From NCBI GenBank assembly GCA_013265495.1, contig MU061560.1:310001-374000 (forward strand): DNA of 64,000 nucleotides, given 5' to 3'. The position numbers and the translations under genes are program-made. This document shows, one piece after another, positions 25,551-39,316 of this stretch. Position 1 is the first letter of the stretch. The number at the start of each line of letters is the position of its first letter. Below the pieces are notes generated by a model. It saw nothing but the letters and a program-made list of their open reading frames with translations. It did not search any database and was not told the DNA's origin. The DNA comes from Vicugna vicugna (lineage: Eukaryota).

Positions 25551-26371
25551 CTGTGGCTTTTTCTTCATCTGTTACTCCCCTCAAGGTTCTTTGCATCTGA
25601 TAATTAGAGGCCTTAAGACTCTGGCAGTCATACTATTTTTATAGCAAACAGGGCTTAGAATTTCCTGCCAAGATGGAAATGACTGAAAAAGGTAGCTAAC
25701 AGAAATAAACAGACAAGGGAACCAATGAAATTAATTTATTATTAGGTTTATTTTTAATACTATATCAAGAGTTAATATATCCTTTAACTTTTAACTTTAC
25801 CTGCCCAGCGCTTTAGGCTGCTGAAAGAGAATTAGTGAGAATTCATTTTCTCAATGTTTAATTTGAATCAAGGTAAGAGGACATGGCCACTGGAAGGAAA
25901 TTAATTTCATATGGACTCGCGTGACTGCAAAGTCCAGTTCTGTGCAGATAACACTTTTCTATGTCTTTTTGCTCAGTTCACACTAATACACTCAGGTGGG
26001 TGGAAAACATATTTCCTAGTGAAAAGATTTTGCATGACATATTTATAAGAATTTGTGCCCCCCAAATTGAATAGAATTAATGTAAAATTTTCCTTAAGCT
26101 ATCATGTTGGTGGCTTTAGGATAAAAAAAAAATAATGGGTTGAAGCTTTTTATTTCTTTTTCAATGTCTTTTTTTAATTCTGGTGACAGAGTAGAATATA
26201 TTAGGAAGAGGGGCTTTTATGCGTAAAACAGCCCAACAGTTTTCAACCAGGTCAGCTATTGGTTGAAAGCTCAGAGTTATTTTCAGCTTTAATCCTAAAT
26301 GTAATCTGAGCTGGGTAACACAAAAATCCAAAAAAGAGATGTAGTTTAATAAAAAAAAGAATGGTAGAAAA

Positions 26372-26583
26372 CAAGTTCTCAGCAAGAGAGAGGTTGTCAG
26401 TGGGGACCACCTTGCGTTTGGGGTGGGCTTTGTCCTCGTTGTCTGGGACTGTCTGATAAGTTACAGGAAGTTTAGCATCTCTGGTCCCAACCGATTAAAT
26501 GCTAGTTACACCTCACAGATGGGGTGACCAGAGACGCCCATGCATTTCAAGTGTTCCAAGGTCGACCTCTAATTAAGAATCAT
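26372..26583. mobile_element. MER3/MER20-like hAT MITE remnant
   Basis: gttctcagc...gggactgtc...acaggaagtttagcatctctggtccc...aaatgctagt...aattaagaatca. Confidence 0.55.
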
Positions 26584-27589
26584 TCTTAGAGGGACATCAC
26601 TTTACTCTCCCATAAAATGGGGGTACATTATTCCTTCCTCAAAGTGTCATAAAGGTTTATGAGGCAATACACATAAAGCGCTTAGAACAGGGCCAAGCAC
26701 ATGGTGAATGCTCCATCATCATGAACGGTTACCACTGTTTCTGCTCCCTAGCCTTTACTTCATTAAGCACTCAGTTTATTTAGCCATTATTAATAGTATT
26801 AACTGTTATTGTTGGATAATTAGTTCAAGGATAGTCATCTCAGATGGGAGGAATGTGGTCGCTAATAGGAGTACAGAAAGGTGGCAGTTAGTATCAGGGC
26901 GTGAAAAGGAATGTTCATTAAGCAAAAAGCTAGAATGAGAAAAGCTTGGCTGGGTAAACCTTCCCTCAATACACAAGAAAGCTGTGGATCTTCAGACCTT
27001 TCGTCAGCACCCAGTAACTGCTGACAGATTGTAAAGATGCAAGGAGGCGCTGGTAAGGCCTTGTGTCCCAAAGTTTGCTCCAAATTTAGTTTCGAAAAAC
27101 CAGGCTCGACACAGGAAGGACTTCGCAGCTTCCAGCCTCACACCAGGAACACTAACTTCTCATTTCGTTGTCAGCAAAGTAATCATCTATTTTCTTGTAA
27201 TCAGCATTTTTGTAAGAATATATTTCAATCAAATTGTTGAGTACAAGTATACTGGAATATATCTTCTCATGCATAATTTCTTTATAATCTGAGTTTTTCC
27301 TTAGCTGTTTTCCCTTGTGTTTAACTTATGTAAGTAAACAAATTATGAAAACATTACAAGATACATTACCTAGAAGTTACTGCAGTTGGCGTTAATGTGA
27401 ATGAGCCTTGAAAATAATACGGCAATTCTAAGACACAACACTCATGCACCGTGAAGCATGTACCGTGTCGGTACGTGTGTCAGGACCGCTGTTCTGGACA
27501 TTCTGGGGAGACAATGAAACGCACCTTCACTATGGCTGTCTGAAACGCTTGGGGCCAGATGGGTTTTGAATCTAGAAAGTATAAGAATG

Positions 27590-27700
27590 GAAAAAATTTT
27601 CCCTTTTCCCTTCTAGGTTCTTTGGCTGGTCCAATAATTAAATTGAAAACAGATGAAGAGGAGAAAAACAGACTTAATTTCATATGTAGAGGGTCCCGGG
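27590..27700 (-). mobile_element. Short fragment of the same ERV1-type LTR family
   Basis: gaaaaaattttccc...cttctaggttctttggctggtccaataattaaattga..acagatgaagaggagaaaaaca. Confidence 0.6.
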
Positions 27701-29054
27701 CAGGGACATAACGCCCTCTACTAGGGAATATGCAGATTTTAAGATTTCCTTTCTTAGGATTAAAGAAATTCTTTGAAAACCGCATACCTGAGTCAAAGCC
27801 TCTCGGGCTTTTCTTATCTTACAAGATTCGATCTGTGCATCTAACTTACGTTTTCCTGTCTGTGGTATTTACTTAACCTGGTTCTGAAAAGAAAAAAAAA
27901 AAGCCTCTGTTTCTGCCTTGGGTATCAGGAATGTTGGCCGAATCGCTTCACTTCTGCTAGGTGCATTTCTAAAAGGGAAAGTAATAAATAAGCCCCATCA
28001 CTAGTCCATGAGGGACCTTTGCTGGGATTAGGAAAAAAAAAAGATAGTTTCCCTTCCTTAAGATCTCATACTGCCGGGGTTTGCTGGGGAGGGATCTGCT
28101 GGGAAACGGTACGACTTACAGTTTACACAGTGCCTTCCAGAGTTGTATTGTCCCCAAGCCTCAGTTATTTCAAATAGATTATAATTGACAATTTCCAGTG
28201 ACAGTACTTGCCAGTGGCAGTCAAGTACCTTATTAGTTTTATTAGAATGAAAAAGAGTAGATCCTGCCTGGGAATACTGAATAAATCACACAGTCTAGTT
28301 GAAGGCATCCCTATGCTTGTGCTAACATTTCTATCTTTGATAAATAGCCTCTGTTATACTTCATAACACAGAGAGTCAGACTAAGCAGGAAAAAACTCTT
28401 TCGGTTGTGTTCTTCAGTATCATCCTGTTAGGTAACTTCACGTGGAATGTGAGAAAACAACACCATTTCTGTAGAACTGAAGCTTATACGTTTTGTTGTT
28501 TCCTCGTGGCTGTGGAAGAAATAAAAATTCATGTTGTGTTTGGATCCACTCTATTAAAGGCAACTTTAATTTTTCCTATAGTGATGGTAACTGGTCAATT
28601 TGTTGTATGTCCCATAAGAGTGCAAAGCAATTTATATATATTTGCTTAATTGGTTGGTGATTATAACAACTAAGAAGTAGTGCTATCCCCTTTACAGATA
28701 GAGAAACCGAGGCACAAATATGTCACTTGCTCAAAGGAAGTGGAGTCACTACACAGAAAGAGAGTCAAATCAAATACTATCTGTTTGTAACAGATAAGAC
28801 TCACGGAATATTGATGATATGAAATTAATTAAGACAAGATTGGTCAGTTCCCAGTTTTTAAACCTTAGTGTGACACATACAATTTCCTAGGACAAAGCTG
28901 ACAACTTAAGTTGTTAAACTGTTACAGACTTTACAGTTAAGGGTTACCTTTATAAGCTTTAGGCAGACATGTTTCTCAGAAGCCTTACTTTTTTGACCAA
29001 AGTAAATATAAAAGAGCATCTGTAGTCAAACAGCAAGGGATGAGTCTGTATAGT

Positions 29055-30255
29055 TTTTTTCAAGAACGGCTTTATGGAGCTAATTCACATGCAATCCATC
29101 CATTTACAGGGTACAATTCAGTGGTTTTTAGTGTAGTCACGGAGTCGTGCAGCCACCACCAAAGTCCATTTTAAACATTTTTATTACACCAGAAAGAAAG
29201 CGTATACCCATTAGCAGCCACTGCAGCTCTAGGCAACCGCTAACCTACTTTCTGTCTCAACAGATTTGTCTGTTCTGGACATTTCATATAAATGGAATCG
29301 CACGATATGTGGTCTTTTGTGTCTGGCTTTTATCACTTAGTGTAGTGTGTTCAAGGTTCATTCATACGGTACTTGAATTAGTACCATATGGATTAGTACT
29401 TCATTTCCTTTTATCGCCAAATAATATTCTATTATATGGATATACCACGTTTTATTTCTCCATTTATCATTGATGGGCATTTGGGTTGTTTCCACTTTTC
29501 GGCTATTAGGAATAATACTGCAGTGAACATTCATGCACAAGTATTTGTGTACGCATAGCTTTTTATTCTCCTGGGCATTTGCAGGAGTGGGATTGCTCGG
29601 TCACATGATAACTCTGTGTTTCACCTTCCAAGGAGCTGCCAGACTGTTTCAAAGCAGCTGCACCATTTTACGTCCCCGCCAGCAGTGTATGAGGATTCTG
29701 AGCTCTCCATGTCCTCACTCACACTTACTTGCCTTGTGATCATAACTTGATTGCCCTGGCTGGAACTTTCAAGCCAGTGTTGAATAAAAATGGCAGGAGC
29801 AGCCATGTTCGTCCTGCTCCTGATCCTAGGAAGAGAGCGGTGTGTTATCTGTGGGTGTTTGGTCGATGCCCTCCATCAGCCTGGGGAAGTTCTCTTCTGT
29901 TTCTTCTAGACTGTCGTCTGTTTTCATCATGAAGCGGTATTGAATTTTATCAACTGCTTTCTCTGCATATGTTGAGATGACCACGTGGTTTTGTCCTGAG
30001 TTCTGTTAATACAGTGTATTGTATTTATTGATTTTGGGATGTTCAATCAACACTGTATTCCTAGGATAAATCCCACTTGGTCATGCTGTCATCGTTTTAA
30101 TAGGTTGCTGGATTCAGCTTGCTAGTATTTTGTTCAAGATTTTTGTGTCTAGTTCATGAGATACTGATCTGTAGTTTTCTTTTCTTGTAATATTTTTGTC
30201 TGGTTTTGGTATCAAAGTAATACTGGCCTCGTAGAACGACTTGAAAAGGGTCCCT
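29055..30255 (-). mobile_element. Old LINE-1 (L1MA/MB-like) with internal deletion: 3' end at about 29055-29740 joined to an ORF2 RT-proximal segment at about 29745-30255
   Basis: Minus frame [26 protein letters not shown]...[10 protein letters not shown] (ORF 30114-30380) is canonical L1 ORF2. 3' UTR motifs ctgttctggacatttcatataaatggaatc and gatgggcatttgggttgtttccac. Confidence 0.92.
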
Positions 30256-31199
30256 CCCCTTCCTTTTTTTTTTTTGAGTCTCTGTCCAGCTGACTGCATT
30301 TTGCATATCCACGCGTGTATGTGTCTGTGAGAGAGAGAGCTTCCTTCTCGCCACTCTCCAAAATATATTACCTTATCCAACTGCTGGATTCTCGCACCTT
30401 GCGTTTCTTAGTTCTGAGCTGATCTTTTTTCACAGTTCTCGCCCATCAGGGCACAGATATGCATTGCCAGAGTTGCATCACTTCAAGCAGAGAAGAATAA
30501 ATTATTAATTTCTGACTTCTATTTCACATAAGCATGTATGCCATTACAAAAGTTACACCAGTCATTCAGATGTCACACTGAAAAATCAGTTGACCAGGAT
30601 AAAGACTTTCTGGGAATTATTGACTCATAAAACAACTTTGACTTCTTTTCCTATAAAAATTCTAATATGAACGTGCAAATTATGCTATCTTGTGTTCCTT
30701 CACAAAAGAATCGATCATTACTAAGTACATGTAAATGTGTTTATTTTAAAAGGTAAAGATTCAGGGAAATTAAAAATAATTTTTATAGGACACAATTACA
30801 ATAATAATGATAGTATATACTGTATACTTATACTAAACTAAAAAGTTTACAAATTCTGCATTCAGGTTTTCTGGCAAAAACCAGCCCTACTATGAAAAAT
30901 AAAATCTCCACTTCACAGATAGAAGATGGAAATTGTACGAAGAGAAATAAGGCAACTATCTTTAGTCACTATAGAAGATTATATATTATTTATATGTATA
31001 ATTATACAAGATTATAATTAACTCAGCAAGTCTCTCGAATAAATTCTTCGCAAATAGAGATTAAAATAGACAGTTAAAATGAATAATAATTTTAATCTTT
31101 AAAGTGCTTTGCATTTATTAATTCAAAGCACAATGTATCTTAAATAGTTTAAGCACTGCTCTTTGAAATCCAGGTACAATTTAAGGTATTTCAAGCTTC

Positions 31200-31307
31200 A
31201 GGGGGAAGGATATAGCTCAGTGGTAGGCTGTGTGCTTAGGTTCAATCCCCCGTACCTCTGTTAAAAAATAAATAAATTAACCTAATTCCTCCCCCCAAAT
31301 AAATAAA
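31200..31307 (+). mobile_element. tRNA-derived SINE (Vic-1-like) with internal deletion
   Basis: gggggaaggatatagctcagtggtagg...gcttag|gttcaatccccc; TSD taaggtatttcaag / taaggtacttcaag. Confidence 0.88.
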
Positions 31308-31430
31308 TAAGGTACTTCAAGTTTTGGTAGCTGAATGAAAGAATAATGCCAGAGTTATACAAAATTATCCACAATTTAGTTATCCTTTTTTTGGGGGGAG
31401 AGCAAACCAACCTTAATTGTCTGGAAAAAA

Positions 31431-31491
31431 TACACACACACACACACACACACATATGTGTATGCATGTGTGCACGTGTGTACGTGTGTAT
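31431..31491. repeat. (CA)n followed by an imperfect (TG)n alternating purine-pyrimidine tract
   Basis: tacacacacacacacacacacacatatgtgtatgcatgtgtgcacgtgtgtacgtgtgtat. Confidence 0.9.
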
Positions 31492-32659
31492 AAAGTTTGG
31501 ATGCATTCCCTATTCAAGTGATTCCACCAGAAATACTAGGTGTGGAAATTAGCACTGAATGGAGACACTGTTCTGTTTGATGTTTTCTGCAGGTGCAATC
31601 ATGAAGAAACTGATACACTTAGCCTTTTAGGTTCAGAAAATGTTTCTGTTAAAACAACTGGAATCAGCCAACTCCAGATTGGAAACTCTCCTAGAAGCAT
31701 TACCTCATTCATCATAACACTTCTGCCTCTGAAACAAGCTTGAGACAAACACAGTCACTACATTTTGTTCGGGTCCAATTTTTATTTTATCTAAAAGCTT
31801 TTCCTATTAAAAGGGCTTTTTGAAAACAGCTTTGTGTGTTCTACTTGAGCGTACTAATCAAACGATGTTCAGACTTTTTAGAGCAAATTTACTTAATTTT
31901 CAAACAACTGTTTTTAAAAACCTCCTGAAATAATCCATTGTACTGAGATTGTATACAACACCAATAATAGAATATCTAGGAGATTTTTTCTTTTTTATCA
32001 AAAATTCAAATGACTTGACTTTTCATCAAATACCATATGACATAATTACCTGGATTTTCACTTAAAATTATTGCCCTGTTGTCTGGGTAAGTTGTTTCAT
32101 CTTCAATGATATGCAAATACAATCTGTGGTAGCTAGTGAAACCCGGCTAAGAGGATTTGTATTCAAATATGTCCTGACTCTGCAATGAAAGAGTTGCTTT
32201 TGCACATACAAATACAAATTTGTAAAACAGGGTGTGTTTGCCATGTAGAAGCGTTTTGGTCATGGATTTGGACCACAGTTACCCAAATGTTGGCAACAGC
32301 TAACATTATAATACCTTGAGCATTAAAATCACGGTCTTACTAAATCATCCAGATGTCCCTGTGACCCAGGCATTGGCACACTCCTTTTATAGATTCTGAA
32401 CTGAAACTTGCCCAGATTTGACTCGAGTTCTCAGATGCTGCAAGTCCTAGTGTGACCTATGATACAATGTTCTGGAATAATTTGATTTCTGTAGCCATAA
32501 AATGTAACTTCTGGATTGCGTGCCTATTATAGATATGATCAAACACTAGGTCATAAAATCAAAGCTACAATTTAGAAGACTCTAAATAATAATTTAAAAT
32601 AACAAAACTCTATTTTAAAGTTCTAATATATACAACCATACTATAGAGGCATTTGCATC

Positions 32660-33765
32660 GTCTTGCAGGACCATAAACGTGATTGTGCAAGCTGAAACCA
32701 TGCAAACACTTAATGGAGAAAATTACAATTGTTCTGTAATTTTTCAAATTTTGTGTCAAAACATTAGAAAACTCTCTTACTGTGGGTTATAAGTATAAAG
32801 AGCAGTGAAAAAACAGTAAAGTTACTTGGTACACTGTAACCTAAACATTAGAAACATATTTAAAGATTCCTTTGTAAAAAAATCTTGAAAAAAATGTTTA
32901 ACTTCCCACCCCCCCCAAAAAAAAACCCTAGGGAAATTAACTTCACATTTTGCAGAATATCAGAACTATCTGTGCTTTGGAAATAAAAATTTGAAAACCA
33001 CCCCTCCCAAAAAAGTATCAAGATTAGTTGGATCTTGCCTTCTTCTCAACATGTAATTTATGATGCTGGCAAGAATCTTTTCTTGGAAAATTGTCCTACT
33101 CTTTTTCAGTTTGGATTAGCTTCCAACATTGTATCCTTTGCATCTTCAGTGTCTGAAAATCTGTCTGATGGTGTGAATGTGTCACTTCCTTGAGGGCATT
33201 TTCATCCTTTTTGTAACAACTACTTTTTTCATTTATGTTGATACATTCTCCTTTGCCACTTTGCTTTGGCTAAAGTACTTCACAAAAGCATCAGTGTCAC
33301 CATTCCCACATTCAACTATTTCTTCTGTAACTCCACTCATGGTTGATTTAAATTTCACTGCAACATTGTGACTCTGTTTCTTTGCTGCTCGCTCTTTCTT
33401 TCCTTCTTTTTGTCTTTCTTTGCCACTACCTTCTTTGGATGTTTTTGTGAAACATCATGTGAGTTTATCACTGGGAGACAAGAAGACAACACAACTACAT
33501 ACTTTGCTGCCTGTGAGTGAATTGAATAACAGATACACAGTGACCGATAACTAATGGACTTTGAATGATGCGACTGGTCGCTGGTCATGATGTTATTATG
33601 CAGTGTTTTTGTAGATTGAAGCAGCAAAAGTTTGTACTTTGCACATTGCTCACAGTTAATATACTGGTCATTGAAATCTGAACTAAGTTTGGGAGGACAG
33701 GTGTTTAACTAAACCATGGTCACTGAAATTCATGCATATTAGAGCCTTGTCAAGTGAGGACAGCC
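32660..33765. mobile_element. Old TcMar-Tigger-like DNA transposon remnant
   Basis: gtgcaagctgaaaccatgcaaa at the left end and actgaaattcatgcatattagag...aagtgaggacag at the right; decayed Lys-rich antisense coding-like stretch at about 33050-33430. Family assignment uncertain. Confidence 0.5.
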
Positions 33766-34540
33766 CAAAATGATAATTACCTGAAGGATATCAAGTATCA
33801 TAAAGAATCATAAAAATACTACTATATACTGAATTATAAATTTATAGATAGATAGGTATAGCTCTCCTAAAGTAATATGTTTGGTTAAAAATATGAATCA
33901 TATTTTAATAATTAATATTTATTGTGTTATTATAATAATAACGTACTTAACTCCTAGGAATTTAGGAGAGTTTGGAGGGAGATAATGTATAATCCAGGAA
34001 AGCTTGAAAGTTCAACTTGATAACTTCCTTTAGATGTAAGGACATTCAACATAAGTTTATTATCCTTAAAGCAGATCTCATGATGGTTTATTTAAAAAAA
34101 GAAGAAAGGAAAGAAATTTAAATGCAGAAAGATATACCTTTTACATAGGGCTTTAAAATGCAAACTGTTACTTGCTTATTGAAAAACATATTTCCATTGT
34201 AAGCATGTAGAAACTCTTAATCATAATAGTGATCACCCATATGGAGGGGCAGAAAGTGGTTTTAAAGTTTCTCAGATTTGCAGTTTCTTATATATTTATA
34301 TTTAATGAGATAGTATTTTATATTGAGACTTGAATATTTTTCAATATACAGTACTGCCATCTTTACAGTAACATATGGCCACATTATTCAAATTAATTGC
34401 AGTTTTAAAATAGCCCTAAAACTATTTTTTTTCTGACGTTTATATTAAAAACTATTGTATTTAGTCCATGTTTTTAAAGAGCTAGTTATGGTTCTCATCA
34501 TTATTTAGTAAGTTAAAGACTGAAGTTTTTTTCTAACTTA

Positions 34541-34696
34541 TTTTTGTTTGTTTTAATTCTGGGGGGGGGTTGGTGGAAGGTGATTAGGTTGGTTTATTTA
34601 TTTGTTTATTTATTTTTGGAGGGAGTACTGGGGATTGAACCCAGGACCCTGCGCATGCCAAGAATGCCCTCTATCACTTGAGCTGTATCGTCCCCT
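34541..34696 (-). mobile_element. tRNA-derived SINE (Vic-1-like), antisense
   Basis: Reverse complement of the SINE: gtactggggattgaacccaggacc...cacttgagctgtatcgtcccct, with a T-rich tail on the left. Confidence 0.88.
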
Positions 34697-35158
34697 ACAA
34701 AAGCCTTAAGTTTTAAAGCTGACTTAGGGCTGAGCTCTGGGAAGGAAAGGCTGATTCACAGGCACCTTGAGACATTCATTTATCCCATATACTCTAAGGC
34801 TCTCAAAATAAAGACGATGCTAAGTACTATCTCTTGAAGTCATGTTTTCTGCAAGGTGTTAAAAGATTAAAATAAGGTTGTTTGAATTATAATCAAGTTT
34901 CATGAGTGTATGTGCATAATGCGTGAGAATTTGGATGGGTAAGTATGCAGAGCATAATTCCTTTGGAATGACGTAGTTTTTGACTGATTGACTTACCAGA
35001 ACTGCTGAAATAAGAAAACATGCTCCAATTCAATTTGAAGTAATGGGAACTTTGGCTCTGGACAGTTTTTTTAAATGTGTACATGTCTAACTGAATGGCT
35101 CAAGTTCATCACTGGTGTTGCACTGAAGTCATTCAGAGACTTTCTTTTGCCATTGCAG

Positions 35159-36250
35159 GTAGAGCGGGAAAAGGCTATTCTTCTGGCCAATCTCCAGGAG
35201 TCCCAGACGCAGTTGGAACACACCAAAGGGGCGCTGACAGAGCAGCATGAACGGGTGCATCGGCTCACGGAGCACGTGAATGCCATGAAGGGCCTGCAGA
35301 GCAGCAAGGAGCTCAAAGAGCTGGATGGGGAGAAGGGCCGGGACTCGGGGGAGGAGGCGCATGACTACGAGGTGGACATCAATGGCTTAGAGATCCTCGA
35401 GTGCAAGTACAGGGTGGCAGTCACCGAGGTGATCGATTTGAAGGCTGAAATTAAGGCCTTAAAGGAGAAATACAACAAATCTGTAGAAAACTACACGGAG
35501 GAGAAGGCCAAGTATGAGAGTAAGATCCAAATGTACGATGAGCAGGTTACAAGCCTTGAGAAGACCAGCAAGGAGAGTGGAGAGAAGATGGCGCACATGG
35601 AGAAGGAGTTGCAAAAGATGACCAGCATAGCCAATGAAAATCACAGTACCCTGAATACAGCCCAGGATGAGCTGGTGACGTTTAGTGAGGAGCTAGCCCA
35701 GCTCTACCACCACGTCTGTCTGTGCAACAATGAAACCCCCAACAGGGTCATGCTGGACTACTACAGACAAAGCAGAGTCACCCGGAGTGGCAGCCTGAAG
35801 GGGCCCGATGATCCCAGGGGGCTTTTGTCTCCACGGTTAGCCAGGCGGGGGGTGTCATCCCCCGTGGAAACACGGACCTCACCTGAACCAGTTTCAAAAG
35901 AAAACACAGAGGCCAGCAAAGAGCCAAGTCCAACCAAGACCCCCACGGTCTCTCCTGTTATTACTGCCCCACCGTCCTCTCCAGTATTGGACACAAGTGA
36001 CATCCGCAAAGAGCCAATGAACATCTACAACCTCAATGCCATCATCCGGGACCAAATCAAGCATCTGCAGAAGGCTGTGGACCGGTCCTTGCAACTGTCT
36101 CGTCAGAGAGCAGCGGCACGGGAGCTGGCTCCCATGATCGACAAAGACAAGGAAGCCCTCATGGAGGAGATCCTCAAGCTGAAGTCCCTGCTGAGCACCA
36201 AACGGGAGCAGATTGCCACACTGAGGGCGGTGCTGAAAGCCAACAAACAG
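35159..36250 (+). CDS. BICD1: BICD1 large internal coding exon (exon 5 equivalent), 1092 bp, phase 0-0; CC2, Ser/Pro-rich linker and start of CC3
   Basis: Acceptor tttcttttgccattgcag|GTA and donor CAG|gtgatc. Lies within the 494-aa ORF 35075-36559: VEREKAILLANLQESQ...KREQIATLRAVLKANKQ. Confidence 0.98.
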
Positions 36251-39200
36251 GTGATCGGTCTCATTCTACCGACAAGCCGCGCTAGCCAGCGCTTTCTTAA
36301 CTGGTTTATTCCTTCATGCGTTTGGGTGTCCACTGCCGGCAGGGTGAGAGTTCAGATTCCTGGTCAGCAGAGGAAGAAAACAAGCAACCTACGGCCAGTG
36401 CCAGATCAGAACGTAGTCATTACTCTGAGGTGCAGGAATGGATGGATGAAACAGGAGAGGAGCTATGCCCCGCTCAGTCGAGGTAGAGGTGAGAAAGTTA
36501 AAGCAGGAGCAGAGAAGATCCAGTTGCAGGTGTCAGAAGGCAGCTCAGGGGGTCCTTAGCTGGAGCCCAGCAGTCACTGAGTGTGGAAACAGGAGATGGA
36601 GGGATGCAGAATAGGCTGGCGAGGCAGCTTAACACCGGGCGGATACAGCAAGAAAAGCACCCGGCAGGCAGCGGGAGCAGAGGGAGAGAGAAATAGAGGA
36701 GATGGAGATAAAGGTAGAATGTGTACTAGCTCTGCCCGTGACCCCACACCTGAAATTCAGGTCCACTTGGGATGTTAATTCACCTGGGTCAGAGCTGAAG
36801 CAGTAGAGAATTTTTTCTCGCCATAGACCTGTCCTTCTGCCGTGCGTAGGCGTGCTGCCACGTGAGCCAGCCGGATTCCTAGATATCCTTAATGTCTGAA
36901 TTTGTTTTTCACCTTCGAGCTTTACCTGGCTGAGAGTGTTATGAAATACAGTCGGGAAAATATTTTTAACCTCTGTTTAGTTTCTCTGGAAAGTGAAGCT
37001 TGAAAGGTACATTTGGGAAGGGTGCTGAATAAAGGGTATTGATCAAGAGATGCAACAAAGCATCAAGTATCTTCTCGCAAATGTAAGCCATACTAGGGTT
37101 GGAGAGTGAAGGTTAATTTCAGATTCAGAATTCCTTCCCCTTTTGCCTTTATCTGGGGAAAACCACACCATTATCTCATGTCATCTGTGGTACAGCTTTC
37201 TGGCTTCTTTATCTTCAGTTCCTACAAACCTGTTGATATAATTTGAAGGTCTATACCACGAGCAATAGTACTGTTTCACTATAAACACGTTTACATAAAT
37301 CTGAGGGCAAAATGGGACCCTATTTTGTGCTGTCACTTGGCAGGGAAATAGAAAAGATCAGGGCGAATGGAGAATTTGTGAAACCTCTGACTCCAATTTG
37401 AGGTCAGGATGAAGAATTTGTTTCCATATCTTTCTGTAATCCGAAGACCCAATGAGTTAGTACGGTCATGAATAACCGATACCATATTAGATAAGGCTTC
37501 GACAGCCTTCAAGGACATGATATCCTGGGCATTCTTGGTCAAGCCATTCAAATAACTTCTTTGACTTCTTCCTGAAGGTTGAATATTAACAACTTAGAAA
37601 CCTAGTTCTATAGAAGTGCCAAGACACTTAGTTGACACAGAAGTATAGATAAGCATGATTGATGAGCCAAGAGAGACGAATTTGCGAATAAGCTTCATTG
37701 GTTACATATGTCATGGCAGTAGTAAGTAGGGATGCGAAAAGAAGTGACTAGTAATCTGGTAGGACTTCGACACTTGCTGGTAACTATTCACAGCATAGGA
37801 CCTACTGAGTGCTTTAGAGTGGTATAAACAGTGCCATAGGAATTCAGAGCAGTGCAAAGAATTCCTGGCTGACTTTTTATTTTCATGGTGATTCGTGGTA
37901 CCATTTGCGTCATATTAGCATCACAGCTCTTAAGTAAATTAAATGCGGGCACATCTCTAGCCACGCATTTAGCTTTTATTTTAGTGGTGTTGGGCCTGTT
38001 ACTGTGCTGCTGGGTGCCAGAAATAGCTTCAGGTGTGTACAGATGGCATCCATTTACAGCTAGACATTATGGAGTGTTTATTATTAAGGCCAACCTAAGA
38101 ATTCTATCTAGAGGGGAGAAAAGGGAATCTTCCTGTTTTAAAATAGACATTCTGCATTCTCTATGAACCTTTTAATAAACCATGGGTTTTTTGTAAGCGC
38201 AGTGTCTTCTGATGAAATAAGTAAATGTTTATAAATGCCCATCTGTGTACTAAATGATGATGATGGGTGTTAAAGATTCAAAGAAGGCCAGCACATGGTC
38301 CCTGCCTTCCAGAACAGGGAGAGACTACCAGGGGTATCAGAATAGAAACAGATAATTACAATTTGATGTTATGCATGCTGTAATCCAACTTATGGGAACA
38401 CTGCAAAGGAAGTAACTAATATGTCCTAGATCTAGGTCTCTGTGGCTGCAAACAAGATTTTTTATTTAGAAAATCAACCTTGGGAGTGTGGAGAATGGAG
38501 ATGTCAGCAAATCTGCTAATGGGTTATAGGTACTTAGACATTTTTTAATTCTGGAAGAGCTTTGTGCAGTCTTGTGGACAGAAATCTACAAACAAAGCTG
38601 AGTCCTTTGGGGTATTTTTCACAGATAATGAAAGAGTGTGTGCCTTCTCTTTCAGCTCTTGCTCTTTCATCATTGCTCACCCTCCTCCCCTTAGGTAACT
38701 GGCCATGTGGCTCCATGTGTTTACAGAGTTGTTACAGCTACATTTTTGCAATTTTATCTCTTCTAAATGATTAGGTGTCTAATTTTTTTTGAAAGTTAAA
38801 CGACTGCTGTCTTCCCCCAGGTCAGTTTCTGCATTCTGGGTAATTTCCTGGATCTATGATATTTCTGAGGATTCTACTAAATTATATAGCACTACAGAAT
38901 ATACTGAAGTATTGTATGAGTAACTTCTCATTTTAATCTGAATTTAAATTCAATCAAAACTATTAAGATACAACTTTGGAATAAAAACAGTAACAAACTA
39001 CCTTATCCCAGCATTATTTTAATTAAGAAAAGAATCCGTTTATCTCTATGGAATTTGAACGTGTCCATTTCAAGCACAAAAAGAAATGCCAGAAGCCAGG
39101 GTGGTCTTCCTGGGAAACCTGTTAGTAATGGATTTTTCACTAGTATTAAATATTTTTACACACTCTGGAAAGCTGTAGTTAATAGTTTGTAGAAATGGTG

Positions 39201-39281
39201 TGTTTCCAGTTTGTCTTCAGTGTGTGGTGCTATGCATTAAACAGGCAGGCCCTAAACACACGTTGATTTCATGCATTGACT

Positions 39282-39285
<4 letters not shown>

Positions 39286-39313
<28 letters not shown>
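39286..39313 (+). repeat. Poly(T) homopolymer of about 28 nt
   Basis: Directly visible in the sequence. Confidence 0.9.

Positions 39314-39316
<3 letters not shown>

Noticed and set aside
35071..36333. Several minus-strand ORFs opposite exon 5 (also opposite exons 4, 6 and 7)
   Set aside because: Expected antisense shadows of coding sequence with biased codon usage; no independent splice or start evidence.
35075..36559. 494-aa ORF as a complete single-exon gene
   Set aside because: Only 35159-36250 is BICD1-like and bounded by splice sites. The 28 upstream codons and about 102 downstream codons are intronic sequence that happens to lack stops.
37333..37551. 72-aa minus-strand ORF
   Set aside because: No recognisable homology, no canonical ATG start, and a length expected by chance.
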